Positions 54,021 through 63,348 of a stretch of 64,000 nucleotides of DNA are shown one piece after another. The notes below the pieces were generated by a model. That model had not been told where the DNA came from. It was given only the letters and a program-made list of their open reading frames with translations, and did no database searches. Source of the stretch: a virus. Where the stretch lies: positions 1 to 64,000 of the IMG/VR virus record IMGVR_UViG_3300024999_000053; one strand, written 5' to 3'. The position numbers were made by a program, and so were the translations under genes. How positions within the stretch are numbered: position 1 is the stretch's first letter; every line of letters begins with the position of its first letter.

Positions 54021-54188
54021 ATGATAATCAAATCCAAACGAGTGAAAAGATTTTTATATAATTTAGGGTTTGAATTTACTTTAACAAATATTAATGGTAA
54101 AGAAGGATATTTATTTCAAGAAAGTCCAGAATTAAAAGAATCAATAGCATTCTATTATAAAATAAGAAAGACTTTTGAAAATAAATAA
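54021..54188 (+). CDS. Small DUF5659-like protein (55 aa, not in ORF track)
   Basis: MIIKSKRVKRFLYNLGFEF...YLFQESPELKESIAFY. Confidence 0.6.
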   Translation: MIIKSKRVKRFLYNLGFEFTLTNINGKEGYLFQESPELKESIAFYYKIRKTFENK

Positions 54189-54222
54189 CCTCTTTAATTA
54201 AAGAGGAGGTCGAAAGACTAAT

Positions 54223-54897
54223 ATGAATTATGTAAGCGATTTAATAAAATTAAAAGACATTGAACGATGGGTAGAGGGCTATATTATTGCTATAAATTCA
54301 CCAACTGGTTCAGGAAAAACTCATTTTATTAAAACCGTATTAAAGGATTATTGTAAGATTAATAAGAAAACTATACTCCTATTGACAAATAGAGATATTT
54401 TAAAAGATCAATTTATTCATGAATTAATAGAAGATGATAAAGATGGAATAATTACAGTTAAGAATTATCAAAGTATAGAAACAAAAATAATGTATGATAT
54501 ACCTATCGATGATTATGATTATATAGTATGTGACGAATATCATTATTTCTTCAATGACACCTTTAATTTTTGTACAGATATGTCTTTAAATTATATTTTA
54601 GGGCAAACTTCCAGTATCAAAATATTGCTTAGTGCTACATCTACTGTTCCTATTAAATATTTAGAAGAAGTTAAAAACATTGATATAATTAAATATTCAA
54701 TAGAACCAGATTATAGTTACATAGAAAAATTATACTTTTATAAAAACGATGACGTAATTCTTAAACTGTTGAATGAATTACCGGAAAACGAAAAAGTAAT
54801 ATATTTTACAAAAGCAAAAACGTCTTATGATTTTAGTAAACAAATTGAAGATAGTGCTTTTAAAATAAAAAAAATTTTACAACAAATAATATTTTAA
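54223..54897 (+). pseudogene. Truncated SF2 helicase (N-terminal half), paralog of 11859
   Basis: SPTGSGKT, CDEYHYF, SAT present; motifs V and VI missing. Confidence 0.7.
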
Positions 54898-54970
54898 AAA
54901 ACTCTGCAATATGTTATAATTAAGGAAATACCACAAGAAAACAACTAAAATTAATGGGGGTATATAAAAT

Positions 54971-56377
54971 ATGGCAGACAAAGAAAGTGATGTGGAAAGT
55001 AGGAAAATATTTTTAGAAGAATTACCAAGAAGAGGTAAGACTTCTCAAATTGATTGGAAAAAATCAATAGGATCTAAAATAAAGTTTATTTTTAATGATG
55101 TTCAAGGTGAATTGCCCGTTTTAAATTATATACGAGAAAAGGGCGTTGGTTTTATAATTACTGAGTATAATGATTGTAAAGATTTTAAAATATGTACTAG
55201 TAGTTTGTCAAAATGCCTTATTGGTGAAATAATTAGAACGCAAACAAAGCAATATAGTTTTGATATTGGAGACATTGTTGAAAATGTTAATCTTGGTAAA
55301 CTAGAAATTTTAGAACAAATACGACTATTAAGATATAATGGGTATACACAGAAAGGTTACAAATATAAATGTTTAATATGTGGAAATATTGATGAAATAA
55401 GTGAATCAGATTTAAATTTAAATAAAGGTTGTAATGTTTGCTGTAAACCTTCGAAAAAAATACTTAAAGGATATAATGATTTATGGACTACTCATCCAGA
55501 TATAGCTAAATTATTAAAATTTCATGAAGTAGGGTATGAATTATCGTATGGGTCATCTAATACAGAAATATTTATATGTCCAAATTGTGGACTTGAAAAA
55601 GATATGCGTGTATCTAGTTTACTTACGCAAGGGTTATCATGCTCTAGGTGTGGAGATGGTATCCCATATCCTGAGAAGTTCCTATTTTGTACTATACAGC
55701 AATTAGATTTAGAATTTATAACACAGTTAAATAAGGTAGTATTTGATTGGTGTGAAGATTATAAATATGATTTATATACAAGTAAAAATAAATGCATTAT
55801 TGAGGTTCACGGAAGACAACATTATGAAGAACATAAAGGAAGCAGTTGGGGTTCACTAGAAGAAATTCAAGAAAATGATTTAAATAAAGAATGGTTGGCA
55901 AAAAGTAATAATATTAAAAATTACATTGTATTAGATTGTCGAAAGTCGGAGTTAGAATGGGTTAAAAACAGTATAATGAATAGTAGACTTCCTAAGTTAT
56001 TAAACTTCAGAGAATCAGACATTGATTGGATAAAATGTCATGAGTATGCTTGTAATAGTTTAGTTAAAGAATCATGTAAACTATGGAATGATGGTATTAA
56101 AAGTACAACAGAAATAGGGAAAATATTGAGATTAGATAAGTCAACAATTCGCAAATACTTAAAACAAGGCACAGAATTAGGTTGGTGTGATTATGATCCT
56201 AAATTCAAAAGAGTGGTAATATGTTTAAATACAAATGTTGTATACAATTCCATTGCAGAGATATCAAGAATATTGAATATAAATGTTAGTAATATATGTG
56301 ATTGTTGTAGTGGTAGGATAAAGTCGGCGGGAAAAGACCCTATAACTAGTGAAAAATTAGTATGGAAATATTTATAA
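54971..56377 (+). CDS. Zinc-ribbon / Vsr-like putative homing endonuclease
   Basis: Several CxxC; NDLWTTHPDIAK; PE...YKYDLY...IIEVHGRQHY; NUMOD1-like tail. Confidence 0.7.
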   Translation: MADKESDVESRKIFLEELPRRGKTSQIDWKKSIGSKIKFIFNDVQGELPVLNYIREKGVGFIITEYNDCKDFKICTSSLSKCLIGEIIRTQTKQYSFDIGDIVENVNLGKLEILEQIRLLRYNGYTQKGYKYKCLICGNIDEISESDLNLNKGCNVCCKPSKKILKGYNDLWTTHPDIAKLLKFHEVGYELSYGSSNTEIFICPNCGLEKDMRVSSLLTQGLSCSRCGDGIPYPEKFLFCTIQQLDLEFITQLNKVVFDWCEDYKYDLYTSKNKCIIEVHGRQHYEEHKGSSWGSLEEIQENDLNKEWLAKSNNIKNYIVLDCRKSELEWVKNSIMNSRLPKLLNFRESDIDWIKCHEYACNSLVKESCKLWNDGIKSTTEIGKILRLDKSTIRKYLKQGTELGWCDYDPKFKRVVICLNTNVVYNSIAEISRILNINVSNICDCCSGRIKSAGKDPITSEKLVWKYL

Positions 56378-56640
56378 TGACATTAGAAGACAAACTTGAT
56401 AAATTAGTTGGAATAAAAATGTTTAAAGATGGTCAAGAAAAGCTTATTAGTTTTATGAGAGATGAATTATTCAATGGAATAACTGATAGACATGGAACTG
56501 TTAAAATTAATACTATTAATGGATATTTTAAAGACAATAATATTCCTTATGAAATTGAAAGTAAAAAAGAAACAATTAGAAAAGATGCCAATTATAATAA
56601 AAGATATTGGATTTTGTGTAAAAAGATATATGAATTATAA
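56377..56640 (+). CDS. Stand-alone C-terminal domain of the helicase (start coupled via TAATG)
   Basis: LDKLVGIKMFKDGQEKLI...INGYFK.N...ESKK...RYWIL aligns with the last ~75 aa of 11859-13337. Confidence 0.65.
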   Translation: MTLEDKLDKLVGIKMFKDGQEKLISFMRDELFNGITDRHGTVKINTINGYFKDNNIPYEIESKKETIRKDANYNKRYWILCKKIYEL

Positions 56641-56643
56641 AAT

Positions 56644-56870
56644 TTTGCATCCAGATTGGTTGATTTACTATAAGCGTATATTTACCAATCTGGATGCAAA
56701 TAAGAAAATTAATTATAATACAATCTCATGAAGGAATTTTGGCACAAAATTACTGAAATGACGCTCCGCAAGACTAATGTTAAATTAATTATCTCATGAC
56801 ATGTCAAAGGAACGTGCGGTCATTCACAAGTTCATTCCCTTACTAAATATTCGCTATCGCTCATATTTAG
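56644..56870. other. Second helicase-linked non-coding element
   Basis: 17-bp perfect IR TTTGCATCCAGATTGGT 56644-56700; TCATGAAG-hairpin-CTGAAATGA 56726-56761; TTCGCTATCGCTCA. Confidence 0.55.
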
Positions 56871-56971
56871 GATTTGATTATTTAATTAAATGATTTGTTT
56901 TCCTGAGAGAAGAAACATAAAATCTTCTCTCTTTTATTTGTTTTCATTTAAGTTTAGATTGGAGGTGAAAA

Positions 56972-57451
56972 ATGCAATACAAACCAGCAGATATTCTAGC
57001 GTGTCATTCGAATTCATTTATAAGCAAATTTATAAGATTTCTAACCAAATCAAAATATTCACATCTTGCAATAATTATAAATGAAAATGAAATTGTAGAA
57101 GCAGATGGTATAGTTGGACATATTCGCTACAGAAATATTAGTGATTATAAAAATTATGCAGATGTATATTCTTGTGATTTGACTGATGAGCAAATAAATA
57201 ATATATGTGAATATGCTAAGTCAAAAGTTGGTCAAAAATATGATTATTATTTGTTGTTTGTAATGTTTTGCAAATATGTGTTTGGTGTGAAAATTAAGAT
57301 TAGAGATTCTGAGTCAGATATTTGTAGTGAATTGGTCAATGATTCCTATATGGAAGGAGCTGGAATCAGATTAAGTAAAAAGAGATTCCCTATACCAGAT
57401 GAGGTTGTTGGGAATGAGAATAATTTGTTGAGATTTGTTGGGAAGGTTTGA
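56972..57451 (+). CDS. Permuted papain-like (YiiX/YebB, NlpC/P60 superfamily) enzyme
   Basis: KPADIL...SKYSHLAI...VGQKYD...ICSELV. Confidence 0.8.
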   Translation: MQYKPADILACHSNSFISKFIRFLTKSKYSHLAIIINENEIVEADGIVGHIRYRNISDYKNYADVYSCDLTDEQINNICEYAKSKVGQKYDYYLLFVMFCKYVFGVKIKIRDSESDICSELVNDSYMEGAGIRLSKKRFPIPDEVVGNENNLLRFVGKV

Positions 57452-57479
57452 TTAAATTACAAAGGAGGAATAAATAATA

Positions 57480-58871
57480 ATGCAAAAAGATTTTTCAAAA
57501 CGTCCATTCGGATTAATAAGTTCTCCACCTGATGATAGAGATTATTCTTTATCAAAATTAATGTCAGTTGTTGGAATGTCTACACCAATTGAACCTGAAC
57601 CAGATATATTTGAATATGAAGTGCCAGATATTAAAGATCAAGGAGATATCTGGCTTTGTGTTAGTGCGTCTGGATGTGTCCAGAGGGAGATAATTGAAAA
57701 ACAACAGACTGGTGAATATAAAAAATTATCAATAGGATTTAACTACACCTTTAGAGAAAATTGGGATCTTCAGGAAAAGGGTTTGCGTCTTAGAGAATAT
57801 TTAAAGGGGTTAGTAAAGTATGGAATACCTGAATATGAGTATTTTCAAATACAAGATAAAGAATACCCTTTCATTAAAGAGGAATTAGGTAAGGTAAATT
57901 TACCAAGTGTATTAAAAAATGCACATGAGCATCGCATCACAGCTTTTGCCAACATAAAACAAGAAGAAATTAAACTAGCTTTAAGAACTCTTGGCCCAGT
58001 TTTAGTTAGTATTAGTATATATACTTCTTTTGGATATATCTCAGCAACTAATCCAATTATTCCTATACCAGATGTAAAAAAAGAACGAGTTTTTAATGGT
58101 CATTGTTTATTAATAATTGGTTATAACAATCAAACTAAACTATTTAAAATAGCTAATTCGTATGGTAAAGGTTGGGCAGATAATGGATGTTGCTATGCAA
58201 GTTATGATTACAAATTTCAAGAATTGTGGAGTATTACAGACCTTGAAAAACCAAATTACACCCACGACTTCAAATTAAATTTCACAACAAACAAAACTCA
58301 AACTACTCCTAATAACACAATTAATCTCTCATTTTCAACATTCGATTCAATCACACCTTTAGGAACTCAAACTATTGAATGTAGAATGCAATGTGGAAAT
58401 TCATCATCTCAATATACATATACCACCAATTCAAAAGGAATAGTTAATGAGAATATAGTTCTTAATAAAGTAGGAGTAACAAAAATCACATGTTCTTGGA
58501 AATCTCCAGATAATAAAATTAATACAAAAACTATAAATGTATTAGTAGAACCAAAACAAATCAATCCTATTACTCCTATTGAACCTAAGAAAATTTATTC
58601 ATTATCTATTTCATCAGACAAAAGCAAATGTAATGTTAAATATATATTTTATATTACAATTAAAACATCAGCACCAAATCAATTAATTTCATTAAAAACT
58701 ATTAGGTCAAATGGTAAAATTCGTAATACTACTGAGAAAACAGATAATAAAGGTGAATTTGAGATGGGATTTGCTGAAGGTGTTGTAGGGATATTTAAAC
58801 AAGAAGTAAGTTGGAAAGATGGTAATAATGAAATTAGAAGTGCAAGTGTAAATGTTAATATTGTAAAGTAG
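57480..58871 (+). CDS. C1 (papain-family) cysteine peptidase with C-terminal beta domains
   Basis: PPDDRDY; DQGDIWLC; GHCLLIIGY; NSYGKGWADNG. Confidence 0.8.
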   Translation: MQKDFSKRPFGLISSPPDDRDYSLSKLMSVVGMSTPIEPEPDIFEYEVPDIKDQGDIWLCVSASGCVQREIIEKQQTGEYKKLSIGFNYTFRENWDLQEKGLRLREYLKGLVKYGIPEYEYFQIQDKEYPFIKEELGKVNLPSVLKNAHEHRITAFANIKQEEIKLALRTLGPVLVSISIYTSFGYISATNPIIPIPDVKKERVFNGHCLLIIGYNNQTKLFKIANSYGKGWADNGCCYASYDYKFQELWSITDLEKPNYTHDFKLNFTTNKTQTTPNNTINLSFSTFDSITPLGTQTIECRMQCGNSSSQYTYTTNSKGIVNENIVLNKVGVTKITCSWKSPDNKINTKTINVLVEPKQINPITPIEPKKIYSLSISSDKSKCNVKYIFYITIKTSAPNQLISLKTIRSNGKIRNTTEKTDNKGEFEMGFAEGVVGIFKQEVSWKDGNNEIRSASVNVNIVK

Positions 58872-58908
58872 GATTAGATAAATAATATAAATAATATGAG
58901 GTGAAATA

Positions 58909-59613
58909 ATGAAAATCTGTATAAATGCCGGACATGGAGCAAAAGGAGTTAATAATTCAAGTTCAAATGGAATTGACCCTGGAGCAATTGGCCCATCAGG
59001 ATATCAAGAATATATTGAAACAAAAGAAATAGCTTATTTAGTATCTACAAAATTAAAATTCAATGGAATTGAAATATTAGTAGTTCAAGATGGAGATTTA
59101 TGGGATGTAACAGAAAAATCAAATAGTTGGAAGAGTGACTATTTTGTTAGTATTCACTGTAATTCTTTTTCAGCAGATTCTCATGGGGTAGAAACTTTTT
59201 CATTATCATCGACGGGAAAAGGTCGAGTATTAGCAGAAAAAGTGCATAAGGAATTAGTTCCTGCTACCAATTTATTTGATAGAGGTTTGAAGACTGCCAA
59301 CTATCATGTTTTACGTGAAACAGATTGTCCTGCAATATTAACAGAAATTGGATTTATTTCTAATTCTACAGAAGAAGCATTAATGAAAGATTCTACATGG
59401 GATAATAAGGTTTCGAGTGCAATAGCAAGAGGGATTTGTAATTTCTTAGGGATTATTTATAAAGAAGGAGTTGTAAATAAAGTGTCAGATATAACAACAA
59501 AAGATGATAAAGATGTATATTTATCAGTACGTGTTCTTGAAAGTAAAGCAGATGAAGTAATAAAGCAGATTATAAAATTTGGCTATGCTTGTAAAAGATT
59601 AGAACTTGCTTAA
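58909..59613 (+). CDS. Endolysin, N-acetylmuramoyl-L-alanine amidase (Amidase_3)
   Basis: INAGHG...DPGA...E...FVSIHCNS...VLRET.CPAILTEIGFISN. Confidence 0.9.
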   Translation: MKICINAGHGAKGVNNSSSNGIDPGAIGPSGYQEYIETKEIAYLVSTKLKFNGIEILVVQDGDLWDVTEKSNSWKSDYFVSIHCNSFSADSHGVETFSLSSTGKGRVLAEKVHKELVPATNLFDRGLKTANYHVLRETDCPAILTEIGFISNSTEEALMKDSTWDNKVSSAIARGICNFLGIIYKEGVVNKVSDITTKDDKDVYLSVRVLESKADEVIKQIIKFGYACKRLELA

Positions 59614-59650
59614 ATAATTATTTCTATATTCAGTTGTCATATGTATAGGT

Positions 59651-59760
59651 GGCAGATATTACTGAATTGCCCTCAGTTTTTTATCTGCCGAATCCTGATT
59701 GTAATGTTCGTAGCACTACAACCATTAATTCATTATAACATATAAAATAAAGGAGGGCAA
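59651..59760 (+). promoter_or_regulatory. Hairpin with loop TTGCCC(TC) complementary to GAGGGCAA at the RBS of 59770
   Basis: GGCAGATA/TATCTGCC and ACTGA/TCAGT stems; complement at 59753-59760. Confidence 0.5.
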
Positions 59761-59769
59761 ATATTATTT

Positions 59770-60246
59770 ATGGATAATATAGCGAAAGAGGTGTTAAATG
59801 TGGACGAAAATGAAATTAAAGAAGTTTTACAGAGCCATTCTGGTAAAATCATAGACTTACAAACTAAGACAAACATACATGAAGAAAAGATTTGTGGATT
59901 AGATAATAAAATTATTAATCACGGTGAAAAACTCCATGAACTTGAGTTAAAAGACATTGCGTATGAAACTAGATTCAATTCTCTGGATAGTACCTTAGCT
60001 AGAGTTGAAAATACTACATTGCAAAATTTACAAACTTCTAACCTCTTAATAAATACAATTAGTCAAATTGCTATTGGAAATTCAACAGGTAATACAGAAA
60101 TAAAAAAACAGGAAATATTAAGTGATACAGAAATAAAAAAAATAAAATTAAACAACAATTTAAGTATGGCATTAAAAATTATAGGGATTGTAAGTTTGCT
60201 AATAACTTCATTTGTGGCTGTTAAATATGGAATTACTATTAAATAA
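59770..60246 (+). CDS. Coiled-coil membrane protein (XhlA-like lysis accessory)
   Basis: Coiled coil plus C-terminal TM helix; between endolysin and holin. Confidence 0.5.
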   Translation: MDNIAKEVLNVDENEIKEVLQSHSGKIIDLQTKTNIHEEKICGLDNKIINHGEKLHELELKDIAYETRFNSLDSTLARVENTTLQNLQTSNLLINTISQIAIGNSTGNTEIKKQEILSDTEIKKIKLNNNLSMALKIIGIVSLLITSFVAVKYGITIK

Positions 60247-60270
60247 ATAAAAGTAAGGGAATGATTCTAT

Positions 60271-60501
60271 GTGAACAAATTAAATAAATTCATAAATTGG
60301 ATTACATCAAAAATAACATTAAGAATTACAACCGAATTAAAAGAAGAAATTTTAAAACAGAATGAAAATATTTACATGTTACTTAAAGAAGAATTGGCAA
60401 TTATTAAAGAACAGAATCTTTCAAACACAAAACAAGTAGCAGAGATATTAAAACAATTAGATGTACTTGGAAGGATGTTAAGAGGCAAGGGATTTAATTA
60501 A
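60271..60501 (+). CDS. Hypothetical coiled-coil protein
   Basis: 76 aa ORF in the lysis region. Confidence 0.5.
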   Translation: MNKLNKFINWITSKITLRITTELKEEILKQNENIYMLLKEELAIIKEQNLSNTKQVAEILKQLDVLGRMLRGKGFN

Positions 60502-60522
60502 AGTATAAAAAAATTAAGGAGA

Positions 60523-60924
60523 ATGATTAATATGGATCAAACTATTTTATACCTTGGAATCAGTTTATTAGCACTCGTTACAATAAATATAATTCTAGGA
60601 TCAATTTCGTCCCTCTTCCAAAAGCAATTTGATAAAACAAAATTATTTCAAGGAATCATAAAGGGAATAGTGGTAACAGCGTGTTTTGTGGCAGTTATTT
60701 ATGTCGGAAAATTGACTCCTAATATAATCGTTGTCAATGTAAATGGAATTAATGTTGATTTATTTACCGCAACGCATATGCTAATGCTTTCGTCTTATAT
60801 TTTCTATGGCAAAGAGGTTTTAGTTAAATTATCTAGTTTTGTTAGTGGTAAATATAAAACAGAGGAAATTGCAACAACTGATGATACAGTAAATAAATCT
60901 ATTACAATTGAAGGAGAGAAATAA
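60523..60924 (+). CDS. Holin
   Basis: Three hydrophobic segments, charged C-terminus, near endolysin. Confidence 0.65.
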   Translation: MINMDQTILYLGISLLALVTINIILGSISSLFQKQFDKTKLFQGIIKGIVVTACFVAVIYVGKLTPNIIVVNVNGINVDLFTATHMLMLSSYIFYGKEVLVKLSSFVSGKYKTEEIATTDDTVNKSITIEGEK

Positions 60925-61500
60925 AAATGACAATTATAAAAAATATTATTAACAAGATTGATAAATTATACACAAATTTCTGCATCGCTTTATATTTTGG
61001 TGCAAGAAGGATTTTATTGAAACTTGATTTAATTGAGTATTAACAAAACCAATAACCCATAATAATAAATTTTAAACAACCTTTAAGCGTTTCAAATACA
61101 AGAGTGGTATAATCTTATACAAAAACTATTTGCTACGCTTAGAGGTGTATTGTGGTTTCTATAACCCTTGTTACAGTAGGGTTTTATGTGGCAACAAATT
61201 AAAAAAGTAATTGAGGTAAGTTAAATATTATGACTTATATTTATTCTGTGGTGGTTGGTATTTTGATTTATAGTATTTATATTATTCATCTATCTATGAG
61301 AGAATCATAAATCCGAGCAAATTCCAGTTTTAATGGATAGGTATAGACTAGGTAGTAAATCGAAGTAATCAAGAGCAAATGAAAGTATAAGAGAGGTAAA
61401 ATAGGGTATAAAACGTAATTTAGGTTAATTTGATAATATTTAGTTGGTTTTGGAGAGATGGTTTTATGATCATCTCTCTTTTATTATTGATAATTTTACT

Positions 61501-61622
61501 AAATGGCTTTTATGGGTAGCTCCCATATCAAAAAGAAGGTGTCCTTTCCTTCGCCATTTAGTTTTTATATTTTTAAATTAAAGGACAAGAAAAAGTGAAT
61601 AAAAATAAAAAAGAAAAGGACG
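61501..61622 (+). promoter_or_regulatory. Three-way-junction leader; loop TGTCCTTT complementary to the RBS
   Basis: P1 AAATGGC/GCCATTT; P2 TATGGG/CCCATA; P3 GAAGG/CCTTC; AAAGGAC at 61580 and 61615. Confidence 0.6.
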
Positions 61623-61629
61623 TGTTAAA

Positions 61630-62751
61630 ATGGAAAATGTATTAACAAAAGTTTATGAAGAACAAGAAGTAGCATTCAGAGAAAACAATGGACAAAGTGA
61701 AGTAAGAATTGATGAAGTGGCTAGATTTTGTGGTTGGACAGAAATTGCAAAAAGCGGAAATGAATGCATTAAATGGGCAAGAGTCAATAAACATTTAGTT
61801 GATTTAGGAGCGTCGACAGTAGTGGCGACAGGTGATTTTATTCCAGAATACATTATGTATCCACTTATAGGTAAAGCAAAAAATGATAGAGCAACACAAT
61901 TTATGTTATGGGTAGGAAAGGTATTAGTAGAAATTAGACAGAATGGTGCTTATATTTCTCCAAATATAACAGAAGAGCAAGAAATCAAGTTAGATAAATT
62001 CTCGACAAATAAAAAGATGAAGAATACATTCAAAACTTGTAATATAGAATCGATAGAGAATGAATATCGTGAATGCATGATGTATCATAAAAATAAAGAT
62101 GGTAAAGAGAAAAATGGTATTCAGAATATAATAATTAATGCTTTAAGTGACAGAAAACAAACATTAATAGATAGTGGCAAAGGGTCTTTTGCTTTAGTTT
62201 TAGCAGAAGTTGTGAATACAATCTCAAAAAAGAAAACTGAAACTAGCAATAAGAGAAATGGACAAACAATTAGATATAAGAATGGAATTATAGATAAGCA
62301 GACACAAATAATCAATGAAAAGGATGAGGAGTTAAATAATTTAGAAAGTAAACTGAATTATTATGAACCAGAAGACTATGAATGGATTGAGTTAAATGTC
62401 CATCCATTTTCTCATAATTACATGACAAGCGCAGCAAAAGATTGGAATACTGGAAATCCAAAAATCGTCAAGAGTGAAGGATATTACAAATGGCAAAATA
62501 AATTTCCATATCAAGAACTTCCTACATTTGATGATTTAGGAATAGATTTTAATAAAAGAGTTTGTGCTTGGTTTAGATTTGTTGCAAAATCAACTTTTGA
62601 CCCAACTAATTGTTCAAAAACTGCATTAGATACTATATGTAAGTATTACGACGTAGATGATAATAAAATAGAAATGATGGAGTGCAAGAAAATAAATAGT
62701 TGTAAAGAATTTTGGGAAGGAAAAATCTATATAGCATTTAGGAATCAATAA
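61630..62751 (+). CDS. Bro-N-like protein with RusA-like C-terminal domain, paralog of 10270
   Basis: FIPEYIMY.L..KAKNDRATQFMLWV.KVL..IRQNGAY; HPFSHNYM...FDPTNCSKTALDTI...DDN. Confidence 0.7.
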   Translation: MENVLTKVYEEQEVAFRENNGQSEVRIDEVARFCGWTEIAKSGNECIKWARVNKHLVDLGASTVVATGDFIPEYIMYPLIGKAKNDRATQFMLWVGKVLVEIRQNGAYISPNITEEQEIKLDKFSTNKKMKNTFKTCNIESIENEYRECMMYHKNKDGKEKNGIQNIIINALSDRKQTLIDSGKGSFALVLAEVVNTISKKKTETSNKRNGQTIRYKNGIIDKQTQIINEKDEELNNLESKLNYYEPEDYEWIELNVHPFSHNYMTSAAKDWNTGNPKIVKSEGYYKWQNKFPYQELPTFDDLGIDFNKRVCAWFRFVAKSTFDPTNCSKTALDTICKYYDVDDNKIEMMECKKINSCKEFWEGKIYIAFRNQ

Positions 62752-62769
62752 TACATAAATAAAATAATA

Positions 62770-63099
62770 TTGAATAACGAGGGGTTGTCCGATCTGGACA
62801 ACTCTTTAATAATCAATAAAAGGAGAAATAAAACAATGCACACCTATTTAAAATTAAATGAAGAAAAGTTAGATTTATTGATTAAAGTATTACATGATTC
62901 ACAATATGAAACTGAACATGAAAAGGTCATAGCAAATGAATTATATGAGAAATTTAGACATTTGTGTTTAGATAATTTTTATAATCTTGGTGAAGGTTGG
63001 GATGATGAAGAGGAAGATGTGGATGAGAATTGTGAAAATGATTTATCTCTTGTGAAGAAAAAGGATATAGCAGGTTATGATGATGATTTGGGTTGGTAA
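62770..63099 (+). CDS. Hypothetical acidic protein (likely start ATG 62836)
   Basis: RBS AGGAG precedes MHTYLKL. Confidence 0.55.
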   Translation: MNNEGLSDLDNSLIINKRRNKTMHTYLKLNEEKLDLLIKVLHDSQYETEHEKVIANELYEKFRHLCLDNFYNLGEGWDDEEEDVDENCENDLSLVKKKDIAGYDDDLGW

Positions 63100-63243
63100 T
63101 ACTTGTCCAATTTAATTATGTACAGATAGAACGCATATCCTATTAGTAAATTAATAAATAAAGTTAACAAATAAAATATTTCAATAGAAATTGAGACATT
63201 TCATTAATTTGAAGTGTCTTTTATTTGTGTTGAAATAACACAT

Positions 63244-63340
63244 AAGCAGACTAGGATAGGCCATCCGAAAGAAACACTCGCCTTAGTGTTTTTGTCTGCT
63301 TCTATTTTTTAATAATTAAGGCAAATAATAAAAGAAGGCG
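63244..63340 (+). promoter_or_regulatory. Three-way-junction leader; loop CGCCTT complementary to the RBS
   Basis: P1 AAGCAGAC/GTCTGCTT; P2 GGAT/ATCC; P3 AAACACT/AGTGTTT; AAGGC at 63318 and AAGGCG at 63335. Confidence 0.6.
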
Positions 63341-63348
63341 GTATAAAA

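Noticed and set aside
54860-54970. Intron or intein boundary at the helicase break
   Set aside because: No group I/II core or intein motifs, and the missing helicase motifs are not found downstream
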